Source of the DNA: the human T2T-CHM13v2.0 reference genome, Homo sapiens
NCBI RefSeq assembly: GCF_009914755.1
Contig: NC_060930.1
Length of the DNA stretch: 64,000 bases
Reading direction: 5' to 3' (one strand)
In this document: in pieces, positions 60,701 through 64,000 of the stretch
Position numbering within the stretch: the stretch's first letter is position 1
How the letters are laid out: every line of letters begins with the position of its first letter
Made by a program: the position numbers and the translations under genes
The notes under the pieces: model-generated
Told to the model about the DNA's origin: nothing
Database searches by the model: none
What the model saw: only the letters and a program-made list of their open reading frames with translations

Positions 60701-61852
60701 ATTCATGTGTAGAAGAATGAGGCTAGACCTTTACCTCACACCACACACATAAAAATTAACTAACTCAAAATGGATTATATCTCAATATAAGAGCTAAAAA
60801 TATAAAGTTTATAGAAGAAAATACAGAAATAAAATTATTGTAATCTTCAGTTAGACAACAATTTCTTAGCTATGATATGAAAAGCAAAAGTGGCAAAAGA
60901 AAATGAGTCAATTGGTTGTCCTCAAAATTAAAATTGTTTGTGCCTGAAAGGACACCATGAAGAAAAAGATAACTCACATAATGGAAGAAAATATTTGCAA
61001 ATCATATTTGATAATTGGCTTGTATCCAAAATATATAAAATTTCTTACAACTAAGATAAAAGGTACATAACTTCCATTCCCAAATGAGCAAATGATATGA
61101 GGAGATATTCTCCCAAAAAGAGATACACGAGGTCAGAAAGCACATGTTAAGATGAGCTGTATTATTAGTCCTTAGGGAGATGAAAATCAAATGTGCATTG
61201 AAATACCATTTCACACCTACTAGAAGGGTTAAAAAGACAAACATCAACAAATATTGGCAAGATGTGGAGAAGTTGACACTCTCATACACTGCTGGTGGTA
61301 CTGCAAAAATTATACATTCACTTTGGAAAAGAGTTTGGAAGTTCCTCTAAAAGTTAAGCACAGAGTTACTCTATGATCCAGCAATTCTACTCTAGTTTTA
61401 TATGAAAAATAATTGAAAATATATGTCTGGACATGTATTGCACATGTTTATAGCAGCGTTATTCATAATAGTCAAAAAGTTGTAATAATCAACATGTTTA
61501 TCAGCTGAAAAATAAACAAATTTGCTGTAACTTTATGATGTAATGTTATCTGGCCATAAAAAAGAAACAAAGTCCTTATAACTGCTATGACATAAGTCTT
61601 GAAAATATTATGCTAAGTCAAACAAACCAGTCACCAAAAAACATATATTGCATGATTCCATTTATATGAAATGTCCAGAACAGACAAATCCTAGAGATAG
61701 AAAGTCGATTAGGGGGACTTTATTTATTTCAAGGGGGAAGAAGGAAATGGGGAGAGGCTATGGTAATGGTATGAGTTCCTTTGGAATAATAAAAGTATTC
61801 TAACATTAGATAGTGGTGATCCTTGTACTTCTCTACGAATCTACTAAATCTA

Positions 61853-62565
61853 TAGTAGTTCTCTCCTTTTCCATGGTTTTGCTTTCTGGTTTCAGTTACC
61901 AGCAGTCAACCATGCTCTAAAAATAGATGAATATAGTATAATAAGATATTTTGAGAGAGAGAGAGAGAGAGAGACCACATTGACACACTTTTATTACAGT
62001 ATGTTATGATTTTTCTATTTAATTAGTAGTTATTGTTGTTAATCTCTTAATGTGCCTAACTTATATTTAAACTTCACCATAGTTATATATAGAAAAATAC
62101 ATAATTTATATATAGATGGTCCCCAACTGGTTTGACGTGATGTCTTGTCTTTACAATGGGATAAAAGCAATTTACATTAAGTAGAAACTACACTTCAAGT
62201 ACGCTTACAACAATTATGTTTTTTTGCTTTCAGTGGAGTATTCAATAAATTACATGAGATATTCAATAATTTATTATAAAATAGGAATTGTGTTTTTCTC
62301 CACCGGTAAGTTAATGTAGGTTCTGAGCATGTTTAAGGGAGGCTAGGATAAGCTATGATATTCAGTAAGTATATTAAATACTTACAAGTACATTTCCAAC
62401 TTACAATTTTTGTCAATATACAATGGGTTTATCAGAAAAATAACCCTATTGTAAGTTAAGGGATATGTGTAACCCTGTATAGAGTTCGGTGCTATCTTTG
62501 ATTTTCAGACATCCACTGGGGGTCTTGGAACATATCTCCCTTGGAATAGTAAAGGGGGACTATTG
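61853..62565 (+). mobile_element. MER44A (Tigger7-derived MITE), split by MER47A
   Basis: ttgctttctggtttcagttacc...(GA)n accacat; 3' end catccactgggggtcttggaacatatc...gggggactattg; TA flanks. Confidence 0.8.
62113..62469. mobile_element. MER47A (Tigger5-derived MITE)
   Basis: agatggtccccaact...ttcaataaattacatgagatattcaa...atgggtttatcag...taaccctattgtaagt; TA flanks. Confidence 0.8.
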
Positions 62566-63336
62566 TACTGAATTGTACACCTAAAAAGGTGAATTGTATG
62601 GTGTGTTAATTATGTCTCAATAAAATTATTATTTAGAAAGATAACTAGGTAAGGAAATTCCTAAGTTGTAAGTCATCCTATTTATATGCAACATATGGAA
62701 TACATACATTATGCTCATCTCATTAATATAGCATATTTAGTGACTGCTCTTTTCTCTTTACAATCTAGAAAAGCCAATATGAATATAATGTTCATATTAA
62801 TACATTATCTTTATAATCACAAAGGAGAAGCACATTCAGAAAATCTGATTCAGCTAAACTTTAAATTTTATAGCCAGATAAAATGCAACAAATATCTGAA
62901 ATATGAAAATAAATAAAGCAAATAATATATCAAAAATCTTAGGAATGATGAAATGACTAAGAGTTTGTCTTAATTTAGGTAACAAAATCTCCTGAAACAT
63001 TTATACATTTAAATCACTAGGAGTTCACAATAAGCCATGTCAGGGTTATCTAGAAAGACTGATTATGTATCATGAATATTAAAGTATTTTGAATTAAGCC
63101 TTGTAGATGTTGCTTATTTTGTTTTCAATTTTTATGACGTCTATATCAAATGCGATACTTTTATTTAAATAAAATTAATACCATGTTGGACAATAAATTA
63201 ATATTTGAGTCCTCTCATTTTGTTGGGATATATAAGAATATTTTGAACCAATAGGTGGACAAACATAAGTGATGTATTTCATACACACACACACACACAC
63301 ATACACACGTGTATTTAACTCATATGTATAAGACAT

Positions 63337-63932
63337 TGTTTTGGGAAGGAGCAAAGTAGCTTCTGATAGCCAGGATATTCAGGAGCTAGCCATATAGTAT
63401 AAAGCAGGTTTAGAGCTAGGTGTAAGTGTTCTTCTGATGACCATTTCAACAATTTCATAGAACATCAGTATCAGACATGGCTAATCTATGCAAATAAGAG
63501 ATCACAAAAACTAGGCTAACTTATAATCATATCAAATAGAGACAAAACCAGGAACATCACCCAAACAAAAGACTAACAAAACAATCCCCTGTCATGGCTA
63601 ATATAAGTAATTGCTACCTCTTTTGAAAACATTGGCTTTCACTTCTTTCTTGTCTTTTCCTCCATCCTCCTAGGTAAGACTTACCATAAACCTAATAATA
63701 AAATTCTGCTCCCTTCTTGACAACTTATCCAGAGCAAAGACCCACTCTTTGAAACCATCCCCCAAAATACAAGTAGCAAGCTCAAGTCGGTAAGTCCTTT
63801 CTAACATCCTTTTATTTAGATATCCCTGTGGATCTACATGATGTGTTTTCTCCCTTGTTGCAATGAGTTATAAACCCAACTTTTGCAACCCTAGGTGTGT
63901 TCCCAGTGGTGTTTGTCTGGTGACTGCCAACA
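63337..63932 (+). mobile_element. Old ERV1-class solo LTR (MER89/MER90/MER110-like; subfamily uncertain)
   Basis: TG...CA termini, 4-bp flanks acat/gcat, 3' text gcaatgagttataaacccaac...aggtgtgttcccagtggt. Confidence 0.55.
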
Positions 63933-64000
63933 GCATCAACACACACATACAGAAACGCATATACAAGTTATCTTAAGAAATTATAGGAAGAGCTAAATGC

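Larger units (their letters stand above)
55575..62630 (+). mobile_element. Large old L1M (L1MB-like 3' end) element hosting younger insertions
   Basis: Degraded ORF1/ORF2 text throughout; 3' end gattccatttatatgaaatgtccagaacagacaaatc; terminal tatgtctcaataaa at about 62620. Confidence 0.8.

Overview
AT-rich, repeat-dense human (or great-ape) DNA lying wholly inside the retinitis pigmentosa gene EYS (eyes shut homolog), which is transcribed on the minus strand. Four coding exons with canonical AG/GT ends splice into one open, Cys-rich tandem EGF-like frame: 36098-36357 (260 nt), 26019-26115 (97 nt), 25728-25835 (108 nt) and 10297-10442 (146 nt). Their sizes and peptide match my recollection of EYS exons 16-19 (about c.2382-2992, aa 794-998). 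The rest is intronic. It contains a near full-length L1PA7-like element with an in-frame ORF2 deletion, a MER11 solo LTR with a perfect TSD, a complete THE1C provirus in EYS-sense orientation, an LTR27/28-like LTR, an ERVL remnant, four Alus, older L1M/L2 and nested Tigger MITEs. Almost all ORFs in the supplied track are repeat-derived or chance. I see no convincing new multi-gene system. The best leads are two exon-shaped non-repeat islands in intron 15 with decayed EGF-like text, and TE-derived promoter/splice/poly(A) signals pointing into EYS. All are hypotheses, and repeat subfamily names come from recalled consensus sequences, not a database search.
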